Assembly (NCBI GenBank): GCA_964244115.1
Contig: CAXTHM010000012.1
Coordinates: 1,426-52,573, forward strand
Length of the DNA: 51,148 nucleotides
DNA from: an uncultured Thermomicrobiales bacterium
Lineage (GTDB): Bacteria > Chloroflexota > Chloroflexia > Thermomicrobiales > UBA6265
Reading direction: 5' to 3'
The notes under the pieces are model-generated. The model did no database searches and had not been told where the DNA came from. It saw only the letters and a program-made list of their open reading frames with translations. The first letter of the stretch is position 1, and each line of letters starts with the position of its first letter. The position numbers were made by a program, and so were the translations under genes. Positions 8,709 through 18,400 of the stretch are shown here, piece by piece.

Positions 8709-11228
8709 CTACTCCTCCGTCGCCGCGACGACGGCCGTCTCTCCGGTCTGGCTCTCGGCCGCTTCGAGCGTGGACTGGAGCCGGGCGACCTCGAGCGGGT
8801 CGCGGGGCTCGATGATCGTCATCGACGTCACCTCCTCCCGGACACCGATCTTCATGACCTGGACGCCCTGGGTGGCGCGTCCGATCCTGCGGACCTGCTC
8901 CACCTTCATCCGGATCGCCTTGCCGCGGGAACTCATCAGCATGACGTCGTCTTCGGCATGACCCATCGCCGCCGCGACGATCTTGCCGGTCTTGTCGGTC
9001 AGGCGCATGGCCGTGACGCCCTTGCCGTTCCGCCCCTGCCGCGGGAAATCGCTGTTGGGCGTGCGCTTGCCGAGCCCCTTGGCCGAGATCAGGACGACGT
9101 CGTGGTCGGGCTGGATCACCTCGGAGGCGATGATCCGGTCGCCGACGCCGAGCCGGATGCCGCCGACGCCCGCCGCCTGCCGGCCCATCGGCCGGACCTC
9201 GGTCTCCTCGCTGAAGACGATCGACTGGCCGCCCTCCGTGATCAGCATGATCTCATCGGTGCCGCTCGTCATCCGGACCCAGGCGAGTTCGTCGCCGTCG
9301 TCCAGCGATATGGCGATCAGCCCGGACGCCCGCACGGCGCGGAACTGGTTGAGGTCGGTCCGCTTGACCCGGCCCAGCCGCGTCGTGAAGAACAGGTACT
9401 TGGCCTCGTCGAAGGTCGGCACCCGCATCAGCGTCGTGACCGTCTCGTCGGGCTTGAGGCTGATCAGGTTGACGATCGGCAGGCCCTTGGCCGTCCGGCC
9501 CGAGTCGGGCAGCTCGTGGACCTTGATGTGATAGACGCCGCCACGGTTGGTGAAGACCAGCAACGAGTCGTGCGTGTTGGCGTGGAGCATGTGCTGCGGC
9601 GCGTCCTCGTCCCGCATCGTCAGCCCGGTGACGCCGCGTCCGCCGCGGTGCTGGGTCCGGTAGAACTCGTCGTTGATCCGCTTGACGTACCCCCGCGTGG
9701 TGACCGTCACGATGACGTCGTGCTCGGGGATCAGGTCCTCCTCGGAGATGTCGCCGGAGATGTCCTGGATCCGGGTCCGGCGCTCGTCGCCATACTTGTT
9801 CTTCAGGAAGACGAGATCCTCGCGGATGATGTCGAGGACCTGCGCCCGGTCGCCGAGGATGCCTTCGAGGCGGGTGATCTCGGCGAGGAGGGCGTTGAGC
9901 TCGTCGTCGATCCGCTGGCGCTCGAGGGCGGCCAGACGGGCCAGCCGCATGTCGAGGATCGCGTCGGCCTGGACCTGGCTGAGCGAGAACCGCGTCATCA
10001 GGTTGTTGCGCGCGTTCTCGGTCGATTGCGAGGCCCGGATCGTGGCGATGACCTCGTCGATGTTGTCGAGTGCGATCCGGAGGCCTTCGAGGATGTGGGC
10101 CCGGCGGCGGGCCCGTTCCAGCTCGTGGGCCGTCCGGCGGGTGATGACGATCTCCCGGTGGTCGAGGTATTCCTGCAGGGCGCGGCGGAGGGAGAGCACC
10201 CGCGGGACCTTGCCGTCCTCGACCAGGGCGACCATGTTGACGCCGAAGGACTGCTGCAGGGCGGTGTGCTTGAACAGGCTGTTCAGCACGCGCTTGGGCT
10301 GGGCGTCGCGCTTGAGCTCGATGATCGCCCGCATCCCGTTGCGGTCGGACTCGTCCCGGAGGTCGCTGATGCCGTCGAGCTTGCCCTCGCGGACGAGCTC
10401 GGCCATCCGCTCCAGCAGGGCCGACTTGTTGACCTGATAGGGGAGTTCGGTGACGACGATCTGGAACCGGTTGCCGCGCGGGGACTCCTCGATGAACGCC
10501 TTAGCCCGGATCACGACCCGGCCACGGCCGGTCGCGAAGGCGGCCTTGATGCCTTCACGGCCGAGGATCGTGCCGCCCGTCGGGAAGTCAGGTCCCTGGA
10601 CGATCTCCATCAGCTCATCGACGGTCGCTTCCGGATTATCGATCACGTAGCTGGCGGCATTGCAGATCTCGACCAGGTTGTGGGGCGGAATGTTCGTCGC
10701 CATGCCGACCGCGATCCCGACGCTGCCGTTGAGCAGCAGGTTCGGGAGGCGTGACGGCAGGACGCGCGGCTGCATAAGGGTGTTGTCGTAGTTCGGGTCC
10801 CAGTCGACGGTGTCCTTGTCGAGGTCGTTGAGGAGTTCGTCGGCGATCGGGGACAGCCGGGCCTCGGTGTACCGCATCGCGGCGGCGCCGTCGCCGTCGA
10901 CCGAGCCGAAGTTACCCTGGCCGTCGACGAGCACGTAGCGCAGGTTGAACGGCTGCGCCATCCGGACGAGGGTGTCGTAGGCGGCCGTGTCGCTGTGGGG
11001 GTGGTAGTTCTTGAGGACTTCGCCGACGATACCGGCGCTCTTGCGGTACCGTGACGTCGAGCGCATGCCCATCTCGCTCATGGCGTAGAGGACGCGGCGC
11101 TGGACCGGCTTGAGCCCGTCGCGGGCGTCCGGGAGGGCGCGGGAGACGATGACGCTCATCGCGTAGTCGAGGAAGCCCTGGCGCATCTCGGTGTCGATGC
11201 TGGCGAGCCGGACGTTGCCGATTTCCAA
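8709..11228 (-). CDS. gyrA: DNA gyrase subunit A
   Basis: [21 protein letters not shown] (catalytic Tyr), GyrA-box QHRGGRG and C-terminal beta-pinwheel repeats; probable TTG start at 11228. Confidence 0.97.
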   Translation of the reverse strand: MEIGNVRLASIDTEMRQGFLDYAMSVIVSRALPDARDGLKPVQRRVLYAMSEMGMRSTSRYRKSAGIVGEVLKNYHPHSDTAAYDTLVRMAQPFNLRYVLVDGQGNFGSVDGDGAAAMRYTEARLSPIADELLNDLDKDTVDWDPNYDNTLMQPRVLPSRLPNLLLNGSVGIAVGMATNIPPHNLVEICNAASYVIDNPEATVDELMEIVQGPDFPTGGTILGREGIKAAFATGRGRVVIRAKAFIEESPRGNRFQIVVTELPYQVNKSALLERMAELVREGKLDGISDLRDESDRNGMRAIIELKRDAQPKRVLNSLFKHTALQQSFGVNMVALVEDGKVPRVLSLRRALQEYLDHREIVITRRTAHELERARRRAHILEGLRIALDNIDEVIATIRASQSTENARNNLMTRFSLSQVQADAILDMRLARLAALERQRIDDELNALLAEITRLEGILGDRAQVLDIIREDLVFLKNKYGDERRTRIQDISGDISEEDLIPEHDVIVTVTTRGYVKRINDEFYRTQHRGGRGVTGLTMRDEDAPQHMLHANTHDSLLVFTNRGGVYHIKVHELPDSGRTAKGLPIVNLISLKPDETVTTLMRVPTFDEAKYLFFTTRLGRVKRTDLNQFRAVRASGLIAISLDDGDELAWVRMTSGTDEIMLITEGGQSIVFSEETEVRPMGRQAAGVGGIRLGVGDRIIASEVIQPDHDVVLISAKGLGKRTPNSDFPRQGRNGKGVTAMRLTDKTGKIVAAAMGHAEDDVMLMSSRGKAIRMKVEQVRRIGRATQGVQVMKIGVREEVTSMTIIEPRDPLEVARLQSTLEAAESQTGETAVVAATEE

Positions 11229-11374
11229 AGTGCGCTTCCCTTCGAGTGGCAGCAATGAGGGCGGGTTCTTGCTGCCCAGAACTGCATAATGATACCAGAT
11301 TGGCCTTTCCTATTGGCCTTTCCTATAGGAAAGACGGGTCGCTTGGCGTCACGCCGGAAAGGCCGCTGTTCCCG

Positions 11375-12634
11375 ATGATCGTCTCTCGCCCGGAAGCCAT
11401 CGCCCTGCTGCTCGCTCGACAAGGGCTGACGACGCCCGGCTACGCCGATGAAGCCAGCCGGACCAGTGATCTCGACCAGGTCGTCGCCTGTATCCGGCAG
11501 ATGGGTGTCCTCCAGATCGACACGATCCATGTCGTCGCCCGGAGCCCGTACCTCGTGCTCTGGTCGCGACTGGGGGCGTTCGCGCCGTCGCTCCTGGAGC
11601 AGGCGCTGGAGGATCGGCGGATCTTCGAGTACTGGTCGCACGAGGCGTCGTTCCTGCCGATCGAGCATCTACCGTACTCGCGTACGCTCATGCTCGAAAC
11701 GGACTCGAACCCCCGGCGCATCCGGTGGGTTCAGCGACGCATCGATGACGCCCCGGTCATCGACGCCGTGCTGGCGCGGACCGACCACGGTGCCGAGGTC
11801 CGATCGTCCGACTTCGAGCGGGCGGTCCCAGGCAGTGGTCAGGGCTGGTGGGACTGGAAACCGGAGAAGATGGCGCTGGAGATCCTGTTCATGCTCGGCG
11901 AGCTGACCGTGTCCCGGCGCGACCGATTCCACCGGATTTACCGCCGCTGGGAGGACCAGTTCCCGGATCTGAACGACGCCGACCTGCCGGACGCCGAGGC
12001 CGTGGCCGATCAGCACGTCAGGATCGCGACCCGGGCACTGGGCGTCGCCACCCGGAGCTGGATCGCGGACTACTTCCGCCGCCCCCAGGCCGAGACGAAG
12101 CTCGCGATCGAGCGCCTCGTCGCGGCCGGGGAGCTGGTTCCGGCCGAGATCGAGGGGATCGGTCCAGGCTGGATGACAGCCGACACCGAGACGCTGCTGA
12201 GCGAGATCCGGGACGGTCAGCACACGCCGCATGGGACCGTCCTGCTATCCCCATTCGACCCAGTCGTCTGGCATCGAACCCGGGCGCTCGAGCTGATGGG
12301 GTTCGACTACCGGATCGAGTGCTACACCCCGGAGGCGAAGCGGCGCTACGGCTACTTCACGCTGCCGATCCTGCACGCCGGCCGCCTCGTCGGCCGGCTG
12401 GACCCGAAGGCGCACCGACAGGAACGACGGCTGGAGGTCAAGGCCATCCACCTCGAACCGGGTGTCGAGATCACCGCCGATCTGCTCGAAGGAATCGCGA
12501 CGGCGCTGGTCCGTTTCGCCGCCTGGCAGGAGCTCGACGACGTACAGATCGTCGCGTCGAATCCGCCGATCCTGCGGCGGCGGCTGGGGCCTGCGATCCG
12601 TGCTGCCCACCGGGACGCAGTACCTGTGATGTAG
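11375..12634 (+). CDS. ycaQ: YcaQ/AlkZ-family (HTH_42) crosslink-repair DNA glycosylase
   Basis: LQIDTIHVVARSPYL (QxD motif), FEYWSHEA, WWDWKPEK, LLSPFDP and YRIECYTPEAKRRYGYF. Confidence 0.88.
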   Translation: MIVSRPEAIALLLARQGLTTPGYADEASRTSDLDQVVACIRQMGVLQIDTIHVVARSPYLVLWSRLGAFAPSLLEQALEDRRIFEYWSHEASFLPIEHLPYSRTLMLETDSNPRRIRWVQRRIDDAPVIDAVLARTDHGAEVRSSDFERAVPGSGQGWWDWKPEKMALEILFMLGELTVSRRDRFHRIYRRWEDQFPDLNDADLPDAEAVADQHVRIATRALGVATRSWIADYFRRPQAETKLAIERLVAAGELVPAEIEGIGPGWMTADTETLLSEIRDGQHTPHGTVLLSPFDPVVWHRTRALELMGFDYRIECYTPEAKRRYGYFTLPILHAGRLVGRLDPKAHRQERRLEVKAIHLEPGVEITADLLEGIATALVRFAAWQELDDVQIVASNPPILRRRLGPAIRAAHRDAVPVM

Positions 12635-12845
12635 GGTCATGGGCTTGCCCTGAACGGCGCCCGCAGGCGCCATCGCCCCAGGGGCGATAACCGGCGTTCC
12701 AGGTTCAAACACGAACGTGATTGCCCACTCATCGCTCACCGTCGACTATTCGCACGGATCATTCGGAAATGGTTGAACCCGGATCACCGTCTCGCCTCGC
12801 GGCGAAGGCCGCTGAGGCGGCCGGGCTCGCAAGCGTCGCCCCTAC
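12631..12845. repeat. Family B GTAG-REP inverted pair (12631-12690 plus strand, 12792-12845 minus strand)
   Basis: Both ends read GTAGGG inward followed by two short GC hairpins; an inner arm CCAGGTTCAA/TTGAACCCGG extends the palindrome. Confidence 0.75.
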
Positions 12846-12878
12846 GACGAACGCTCGCGCCCCATCGTGGGCACCCGA

Positions 12879-12903
12879 ACGGCCGCCCAAAACGGGCGGC
12901 CGT
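12879..12903. terminator. Hairpin downstream of metY, probable intrinsic terminator
   Basis: ACGGCCGCCC-AAAAC-GGGCGGCCGT between convergent genes; no U-tract. Confidence 0.55.
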
Positions 12904-12939
12904 CTGTCGGGTCATCTGATCGTGGTTGCTGTCGGTCAA

Positions 12940-14229
12940 TCAGACCTTCGCGAGCGCCTGCTCAAGGTCGGCGATCAGGTCGCCGACGGTCTCCAGGCCG
13001 ACCGAGAGGCGGACATAATCCGGGGAGACACCGGTCGCCTGGAGGGCGTTCTCGTCCAGCTGGCTGTGGGTGGTCGAGGCCGGGTGGATGATCAGCGACT
13101 TGGCGTCGCCGATGTTGGCGAGGTGCGAGAAGACCTCGACCGAGTCGATCAGCTTCTTCCCGGCCTCCAGACCACCCTTGACGCCGAAGCCGAGGATTGC
13201 GCCGAACAGGCCGTTCCGGTGGTACTTGCGCGCCGTCTCATAGGCCGGGTGACCGGCGAGGCCGGGGTAGTTGACCCACTCGACCTTGGGGTGCTCGCCG
13301 AGGAAGCGGGCGATCTGGAGCGCGTTCTGGCTGTGCCGCTCCATCCGCAGTGGGAGCGTCTCGACGCCCTGCAGGATCAGGAACGAGTTGAACGGGCTGA
13401 TTGCCGCTCCCGTATCGCGCAGGATCTGGACGCGGGCCTTGATGATGAAGGCGAGGTTGCCGAACGCCTCGCTGTAGACCAGCCCGTGGTAGCTCTCGTC
13501 GGGCTCGGTGAACTCGGGGAACCGCCCGGACGCCGCCCAGTCGAACCGGCCGGCATCGACGACCACGCCGCCGATCGAGGTCCCGTGGCCGCCGATGAAC
13601 TTGGTCAGCGAGTGGATGACGATGTCGGCCCCGTGCGCGATCGGGTTGACCAGGTACGGGCTTGGCATCGTGTTGTCGAGGATCAGCGGGACGCCGGCAT
13701 CGTGGGCGGCCTTGGCGACCGCGGCGATGTCGAGGGTGACCAGGTTCGGGTTGCCGACGGTCTCGCTGTAGACGGCCTTGGTCTTGTCGGTGATCGCCGC
13801 GGCGACGGCTTCGGCCGTCGGCTCGACGAACCGGACGTGGATCCCCTGCTTCTTCAACGTGTAGTTGAACAGATTGTAGGTGCCGCCGTAGAGGCTGGTG
13901 GTCGAGACGATCTCGTCCCCGGCGCTAGCGATGTTCTGGATCGCGGCGGTCTCGGCAGCCTGGCCGGACGCGAAGGCGAGGGCCGCGGCGCCGCCTTCGA
14001 GCGCGGCGATTCGCTTCTCGAGGACGTCCGTCGTCGGGTTCATCAGGCGGGTGTAGATGTTGCCGAACTTCTGGAGGGCGAACAGGTCGCTGGCGTCCTG
14101 CGCGTTCTCGAAGACGTAGCTCGTCGTCTGGTAGATCGGGACGGCGCGGGAGCGTGACGTCGGGTCGAGGTCCTGGCCGGCGTGGAGGGCGAGGGTCTCG
14201 AAGCCCTGGGTGCGCGTCTCGTCGGTCAT
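12940..14229 (-). CDS. metY: O-acetylhomoserine aminocarboxypropyltransferase (sulfhydrylase)
   Basis: [32 protein letters not shown] and [20 protein letters not shown]. Confidence 0.95.
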   Translation of the reverse strand: MTDETRTQGFETLALHAGQDLDPTSRSRAVPIYQTTSYVFENAQDASDLFALQKFGNIYTRLMNPTTDVLEKRIAALEGGAAALAFASGQAAETAAIQNIASAGDEIVSTTSLYGGTYNLFNYTLKKQGIHVRFVEPTAEAVAAAITDKTKAVYSETVGNPNLVTLDIAAVAKAAHDAGVPLILDNTMPSPYLVNPIAHGADIVIHSLTKFIGGHGTSIGGVVVDAGRFDWAASGRFPEFTEPDESYHGLVYSEAFGNLAFIIKARVQILRDTGAAISPFNSFLILQGVETLPLRMERHSQNALQIARFLGEHPKVEWVNYPGLAGHPAYETARKYHRNGLFGAILGFGVKGGLEAGKKLIDSVEVFSHLANIGDAKSLIIHPASTTHSQLDENALQATGVSPDYVRLSVGLETVGDLIADLEQALAKV

Positions 14230-14283
14230 CGGTCTCTCCTTGGGGGGTGAATGGCGATCGTCAGGGTCGGTTCCTGGGGGGAG

Positions 14284-15492
14284 TCAGGACGGCTGAGCCA
14301 GCGGAAGGCGTCGGAGGAACGGTGTCAGGATCGCGTCGAGCTGATCCCACTCCTTCAGGAAGGCGTCGTGGCCGTGCGGGGAGTCGATCTCTTCGTAGGT
14401 CGCGTCGATCCCGAGGACGGCCATCCGGTCGGCCAGGGCCTCGATCTCGTCCGGCGGGAACAGCCAGTCCGTGCGGATACCGATGAGCAGGACCGGCGCC
14501 GCGATCTGGCCGAACCACCGCTCCTCCCCGCCGTTCCGGCCGACGTCGTAGAGGTCCATCGCCCGGGTGAGGTAGAGGTAGCTGTTGGCGTCGAAGCGCC
14601 GGACCAGCTTGTCCCCGTGGTGATGGAGGTAGCCCTCGATGTCGAAGGTCGGGCCGAAGGCGGGGTAGGTGTCGGGCCGGCTGGCCGGGCTGCGGCCGAA
14701 CCGGAGCGCCATGCTCTCCCGCGAGTGGTACGTCGTCATGGCCGCCATGCGGGCGGTCGCGAGGCCGGCGGCCGGGAAGGTCCCCTCGCTCTGGTACTCG
14801 CCCCCGCGCCAGTCCGGGTCGGCCATGATCGCCCGCCGCCCGAGCTCGCCGTGGACCGCGATCCCCATCGGGCCGAGGGCCCCGGTCGCCGCCAGCGGGA
14901 TCGCCGCCGCGACCATGTCCGGGTGCCGCGTCGCCCACTCCAGCGCCTGGAGGCCGCCGATCGAGCCGCCGATCGCGACCAGCCGGGTCACGCCGAGTGA
15001 CTCCAACAGGAGCCGCTGGGCATTGACCATGTCGCCGATGCTGACGAGCGGAAAGCGCATGGCGTAGGGTCGGCGAGTGAGCGGATCGATACTGGCCGGA
15101 CCGGAACTGCCGGAGCAGCCGCCGATGACGTTGACGCAGACGACGAACGCCCGGTCGGTGTCGATCGGCGCGCCCGGCCCGATCACCGGTGCCCACCAGC
15201 CGCCGGGGCCGGCCGCGAGCGATTCACCGGTGAGGGCGTGCAGGACGATGACCGCGTTGTCCCCGGCGGCGTTGAGCTTGCCCCACGTCCGGTAGGCAAG
15301 GGTGACATTCGGCAGCGACCCGCCGAGTTCGAAATCGAACCTGCCCGTCTCGAACAGGCGAAGCTCGCCGTCCATGAGCGGTGCGGCGGGGCGATGAGCC
15401 AACTCGCCGACGATCGCGAGGTGCGATCGCCGACCAGGGCGGTCCGGTGTCCGGTCTGACCGAGGGGTGGCTGGCGCCCGTGAACCGACCAC
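14284..15492 (-). CDS. metX: Homoserine O-acetyltransferase
   Basis: HALTG, GGCSGSSGP, GGSIGG nucleophile elbow, RFDANSY and HGHDAFL. Confidence 0.93.
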   Translation of the reverse strand: MVGSRAPATPRSDRTPDRPGRRSHLAIVGELAHRPAAPLMDGELRLFETGRFDFELGGSLPNVTLAYRTWGKLNAAGDNAVIVLHALTGESLAAGPGGWWAPVIGPGAPIDTDRAFVVCVNVIGGCSGSSGPASIDPLTRRPYAMRFPLVSIGDMVNAQRLLLESLGVTRLVAIGGSIGGLQALEWATRHPDMVAAAIPLAATGALGPMGIAVHGELGRRAIMADPDWRGGEYQSEGTFPAAGLATARMAAMTTYHSRESMALRFGRSPASRPDTYPAFGPTFDIEGYLHHHGDKLVRRFDANSYLYLTRAMDLYDVGRNGGEERWFGQIAAPVLLIGIRTDWLFPPDEIEALADRMAVLGIDATYEEIDSPHGHDAFLKEWDQLDAILTPFLRRLPLAQPS

Positions 15493-15583
15493 GATAGGGC
15501 ATCCTCTCCGGTGCGTCCCCGGACGCCGACGGGCGCCGCTGGGAACGAACTGCTACAGGCCTTTCGGGAGGCTGCCGCGACGC

Positions 15584-15609
15584 AAAAAACCCCTTGCCGG
15601 AGCAAGGGG
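15584..15609 (-). terminator. Riboswitch expression-platform intrinsic terminator
   Basis: CCCCTTGC-TCCG-GCAAGGGG-TTTTTT on the minus strand, between the SAM aptamer and metX. Confidence 0.9.
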
Positions 15610-15630
15610 ATGTGCGTCGCAACGCTATTC

Positions 15631-15748
15631 CCTTATCTCGCAGATCACTCTGCCGGAATTGGCACCTTGCGCGCGCACATGATGGTGTGCGAACGTCGCA
15701 GGCTGCCGGGCTTCACAGGGCCGTATCCCTCCACCTCTCTTGATAAGG
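15631..15748 (-). ncRNA. SAM-I riboswitch (S-box)
   Basis: CCTTATCAAGAGAGGTGGAGGGATACGGCCCTGTGAAGCCCGGCAGCC...GGTGCCAATTCC...GAGATAAGG matches the S-box consensus; lies upstream of metX-metY. Confidence 0.97.
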
Positions 15749-15772
15749 CAGCATATTCGGTTGTGGGGACGG

Positions 15773-15801
15773 AATGTACCAACGGTAGGTGGCGCTGTCA
15801 A
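15773..15801 (-). promoter_or_regulatory. Sigma70 promoter of the SAM riboswitch/met operon
   Basis: TTGACA-N17-TACATT with an extended TG, about 25 bp upstream of the aptamer. Confidence 0.8.
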
Positions 15802-15845
15802 CCGGCCCGTGACGGGCTTCCCGACGTTCCCGAGGAGGAGATCGC

Positions 15846-16376
15846 ATGCCCAGACTGTTCCACGTCAGCGACCGGGACGACATCGAACGGTTCGAGCCAC
15901 GGGTCGCGCCGACCGATCCCGACGCCCGTCGCGCCGTCTGGGCGATCGACGAGGCTCACGTCGGCAACCAGTTGCTGCCCCGCGATTGCCCGAGGGTCTG
16001 CTTCCGCACAGGAAGGACGACATCGCCGGAAGATCGCCGCCGGTTCCTGCTCGACGATCCGTCGTCACGGGTCCTTGCGATCGAGACGGCGTGGTGGGAA
16101 CGGGTCCGTTCATCGACGCTGTGGGTCTACGAGCTGCCCACGTATCCCTTCACGCTGCTGGACGAGACCGCGGGATACTACCTGGCCGACGAGACCGTCG
16201 TTCCCGTCGGCCGGCAGGAGATCGACGATGTCCCGGCCGCACTCCTCGCGATGGGCTACGAACTCCGGGTGATGCCGTCGCTCTGGCCACTCCGGGACGC
16301 GGTGATCGCGTCGTCACTCGACTTCTCGGTCATCCGCTGGCGGAATGCCGGACCGGACGCCCGGGTCAACCCTTGA
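15846..16376 (+). CDS. Conserved hypothetical protein (DUF6886-like)
   Basis: LFHVS..IERFEPR, VWAID, LLPRDCPRV and FSVIRWRNA; GAGGAGGAG RBS. Confidence 0.75.
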   Translation: MPRLFHVSDRDDIERFEPRVAPTDPDARRAVWAIDEAHVGNQLLPRDCPRVCFRTGRTTSPEDRRRFLLDDPSSRVLAIETAWWERVRSSTLWVYELPTYPFTLLDETAGYYLADETVVPVGRQEIDDVPAALLAMGYELRVMPSLWPLRDAVIASSLDFSVIRWRNAGPDARVNP

Positions 16377-17310
16377 TGCCCGTCGTCGCGGAGAGTCCCT
16401 GGATGAAGAGCTTCTGGGCGGCGAAGAACAGGATGATCATCGGGATCGTCATCATCACCGAAGCCGCCATGAGCAGACCCCAGTCCATGTCGTAGTCCGC
16501 CTTGAACGAGGCGAGCCCGAGGCTGAGCGTGAAGTTGTCGCGGTCGTTGAGGTAGATCAGCGGGACGAGGAAGTCGTCCCACTTGGCCTGGAACTCGAAA
16601 ACGCCGATCGCGACGAGGGCCGGCTTGAGCAGCGGGACCAGCACCCCGAACAGGATCCGGAAGTACCCCGCGCCGTCGAGCCGGGCGGCATCCATCAGGT
16701 CCTGCGGGATGTTCTTGAAGAACTGGCGCAGCATGAAGATGTAGAACGACGAGCCGAACAGATTGCCGAGGAAGAGCGGGAAGAACGTGCCGACGAGCCC
16801 GAGTTCGTTCCAGATCAGGAACGTCGGGATCAGCGTGACGGCGCCGGGCAGCATGTAGGACGCCAGCAGGACGCCGAACAGGACACCGCGCCCGCGGAAC
16901 CGGAGTCGGGCGAAGCCATAGGCGACGACCAGACTCGAGAAGATGACCAGGACGACCGAGAGCGTCGAGATCAGGACCGTGTTCAGCAGCCAGCGGCCGA
17001 TCGGGGCGTACCGGAAGACGTTGGCGTAGTTGTCGAACGTGATCCGACTCGGCAGCAGCGAGTCCGAGAAGATCTCGCTGGAGGGCTTGAGCGAAGACAG
17101 CACCAGCCAGACGAACGGCGAGATGAAGACGAGCGAGAGCAGGATGAGGAGCAGGTAGAGCAGGCCGCTGACCGGGACGGCCCGCCGGCGCGAAGGGGCC
17201 GGGGATGTCACGTCCAGCGCAGCGCCGCGCTGGACGCTCGCCGGGAACTGCTCAATCACGGTGCCTTGCTGGACAGCCATCGTGGACTCCTGGTGAAGCG
17301 GATCCGTCAC
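16366..17310 (-). CDS. Carbohydrate ABC transporter permease
   Basis: EAA loop LMDAARLDGAG and FMLRQFF; TM pattern. Confidence 0.93.
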   Translation of the reverse strand: MTDPLHQESTMAVQQGTVIEQFPASVQRGAALDVTSPAPSRRRAVPVSGLLYLLLILLSLVFISPFVWLVLSSLKPSSEIFSDSLLPSRITFDNYANVFRYAPIGRWLLNTVLISTLSVVLVIFSSLVVAYGFARLRFRGRGVLFGVLLASYMLPGAVTLIPTFLIWNELGLVGTFFPLFLGNLFGSSFYIFMLRQFFKNIPQDLMDAARLDGAGYFRILFGVLVPLLKPALVAIGVFEFQAKWDDFLVPLIYLNDRDNFTLSLGLASFKADYDMDWGLLMAASVMMTIPMIILFFAAQKLFIQGLSATTGIKG

Positions 17311-17344
17311 GTCGGTTCAAGGGGGTTCCCGGACCGGACGGGAG

Positions 17345-18292
17345 CTACTCGTTGTCGTAGTAGACGAACCGTTGCGAGACCTTGAACTGGATCAGCGTGA
17401 TCGCGACGATGATGAGGAACAGCATCAGGGCCACGGCCGACGCGTACCCCATCCGGAAGTTCTCGAACCCCTGCCGGTACAGGTACATCATGATGAACAG
17501 GGCGCTGTTCTCCGGGCCGCCCCGGCTGTCGAAGATGACGTAGCCCTGCGTGAAGACCCCGAGCGAGGCGATCGTGCTGATCGTCAGGTTGAACAGGATC
17601 ACGCCCGAGACCATCGGGACGGTCACGCTCCACATGCGTTGCCAGGCGTTGGCGCCGTCGAGCTTGGCGGCCTCGTAGAGGTCCCTCGGCACGCTCTGGA
17701 GCGCCGCCAGGAAGATCACCATCGCGCCGCCGAGCACCCAGAGTCCGGTCAGGACGATCGTCGGCTTGGTCCAGAACGGATCGACGGTCCAGAGTGGCGC
17801 CGGCAGGTGCAGGGCCCGCAGACCGCGATTCAGCCAGCCGTCGTTGGGGTTCAGGAGCGACAGCCAGACGTACGACGTCGCGACCGCCGGCGTCATCGCC
17901 GGGAGGTACATCAGCGTCCGGAAGCCGCTCTGCCAGCGGGTGACCTGATGCAGCAGCAGCGCGATGCTGAAGGCCAGCACGAGGTGGAGCGGGACGTAGA
18001 TCAGCGCGTAGATGAAGGTATTGCGGACGGACTTCCAGAAGATCGGATCGTTGGTGATCAGGTTCTGGTAGTTGGCCGTGCCGACCCACCGGGGAGACGA
18101 GAGCACGTCATAGCTCGTGAAGCTGAAGTAGACCGATGCCCCGATCGGGAACAGGGTGAAGATCAGGAAACCGACGATCCAGGGGCTGATCGCGATCCAG
18201 CCGGCGCGGCTCTCCTCGCGGGCGGCCCGGCTGAGCGGGGCCCGAGGCGTTCTGGCGGGTCGCGTGGGCCGGCGAATCGGGAACGACGCCAT
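17345..18292 (-). CDS. Carbohydrate ABC transporter permease
   Basis: LYEAAKLDGAN, MGYASAVA and SPWIVGF. Confidence 0.93.
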   Translation of the reverse strand: MASFPIRRPTRPARTPRAPLSRAAREESRAGWIAISPWIVGFLIFTLFPIGASVYFSFTSYDVLSSPRWVGTANYQNLITNDPIFWKSVRNTFIYALIYVPLHLVLAFSIALLLHQVTRWQSGFRTLMYLPAMTPAVATSYVWLSLLNPNDGWLNRGLRALHLPAPLWTVDPFWTKPTIVLTGLWVLGGAMVIFLAALQSVPRDLYEAAKLDGANAWQRMWSVTVPMVSGVILFNLTISTIASLGVFTQGYVIFDSRGGPENSALFIMMYLYRQGFENFRMGYASAVALMLFLIIVAITLIQFKVSQRFVYYDNE

Positions 18293-18400
18293 GGAGAAAC
18301 CCTCCGTCCGACAGTCGGGCCGGAGCAGCGGGGACGGGAAAGCGCGGGCGGTCGGGACCGCCCGCGTCCTCCTGTCGACGTGCTCCGGATCGGTTCGGTC

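Noticed and set aside
8376-10754. 792-aa plus-strand ORF
   Set aside because: Antisense shadow of gyrA
8709-11228. parC (topoisomerase IV) call for the solo type II topoisomerase A subunit
   Set aside because: An intact GyrA-box (QHRGGRG) and full C-terminal pinwheel indicate gyrase
15857-15872. parS-like half site TGTTCCACGT
   Set aside because: The second half does not match and it is explained by the LFHV codons of the CDS
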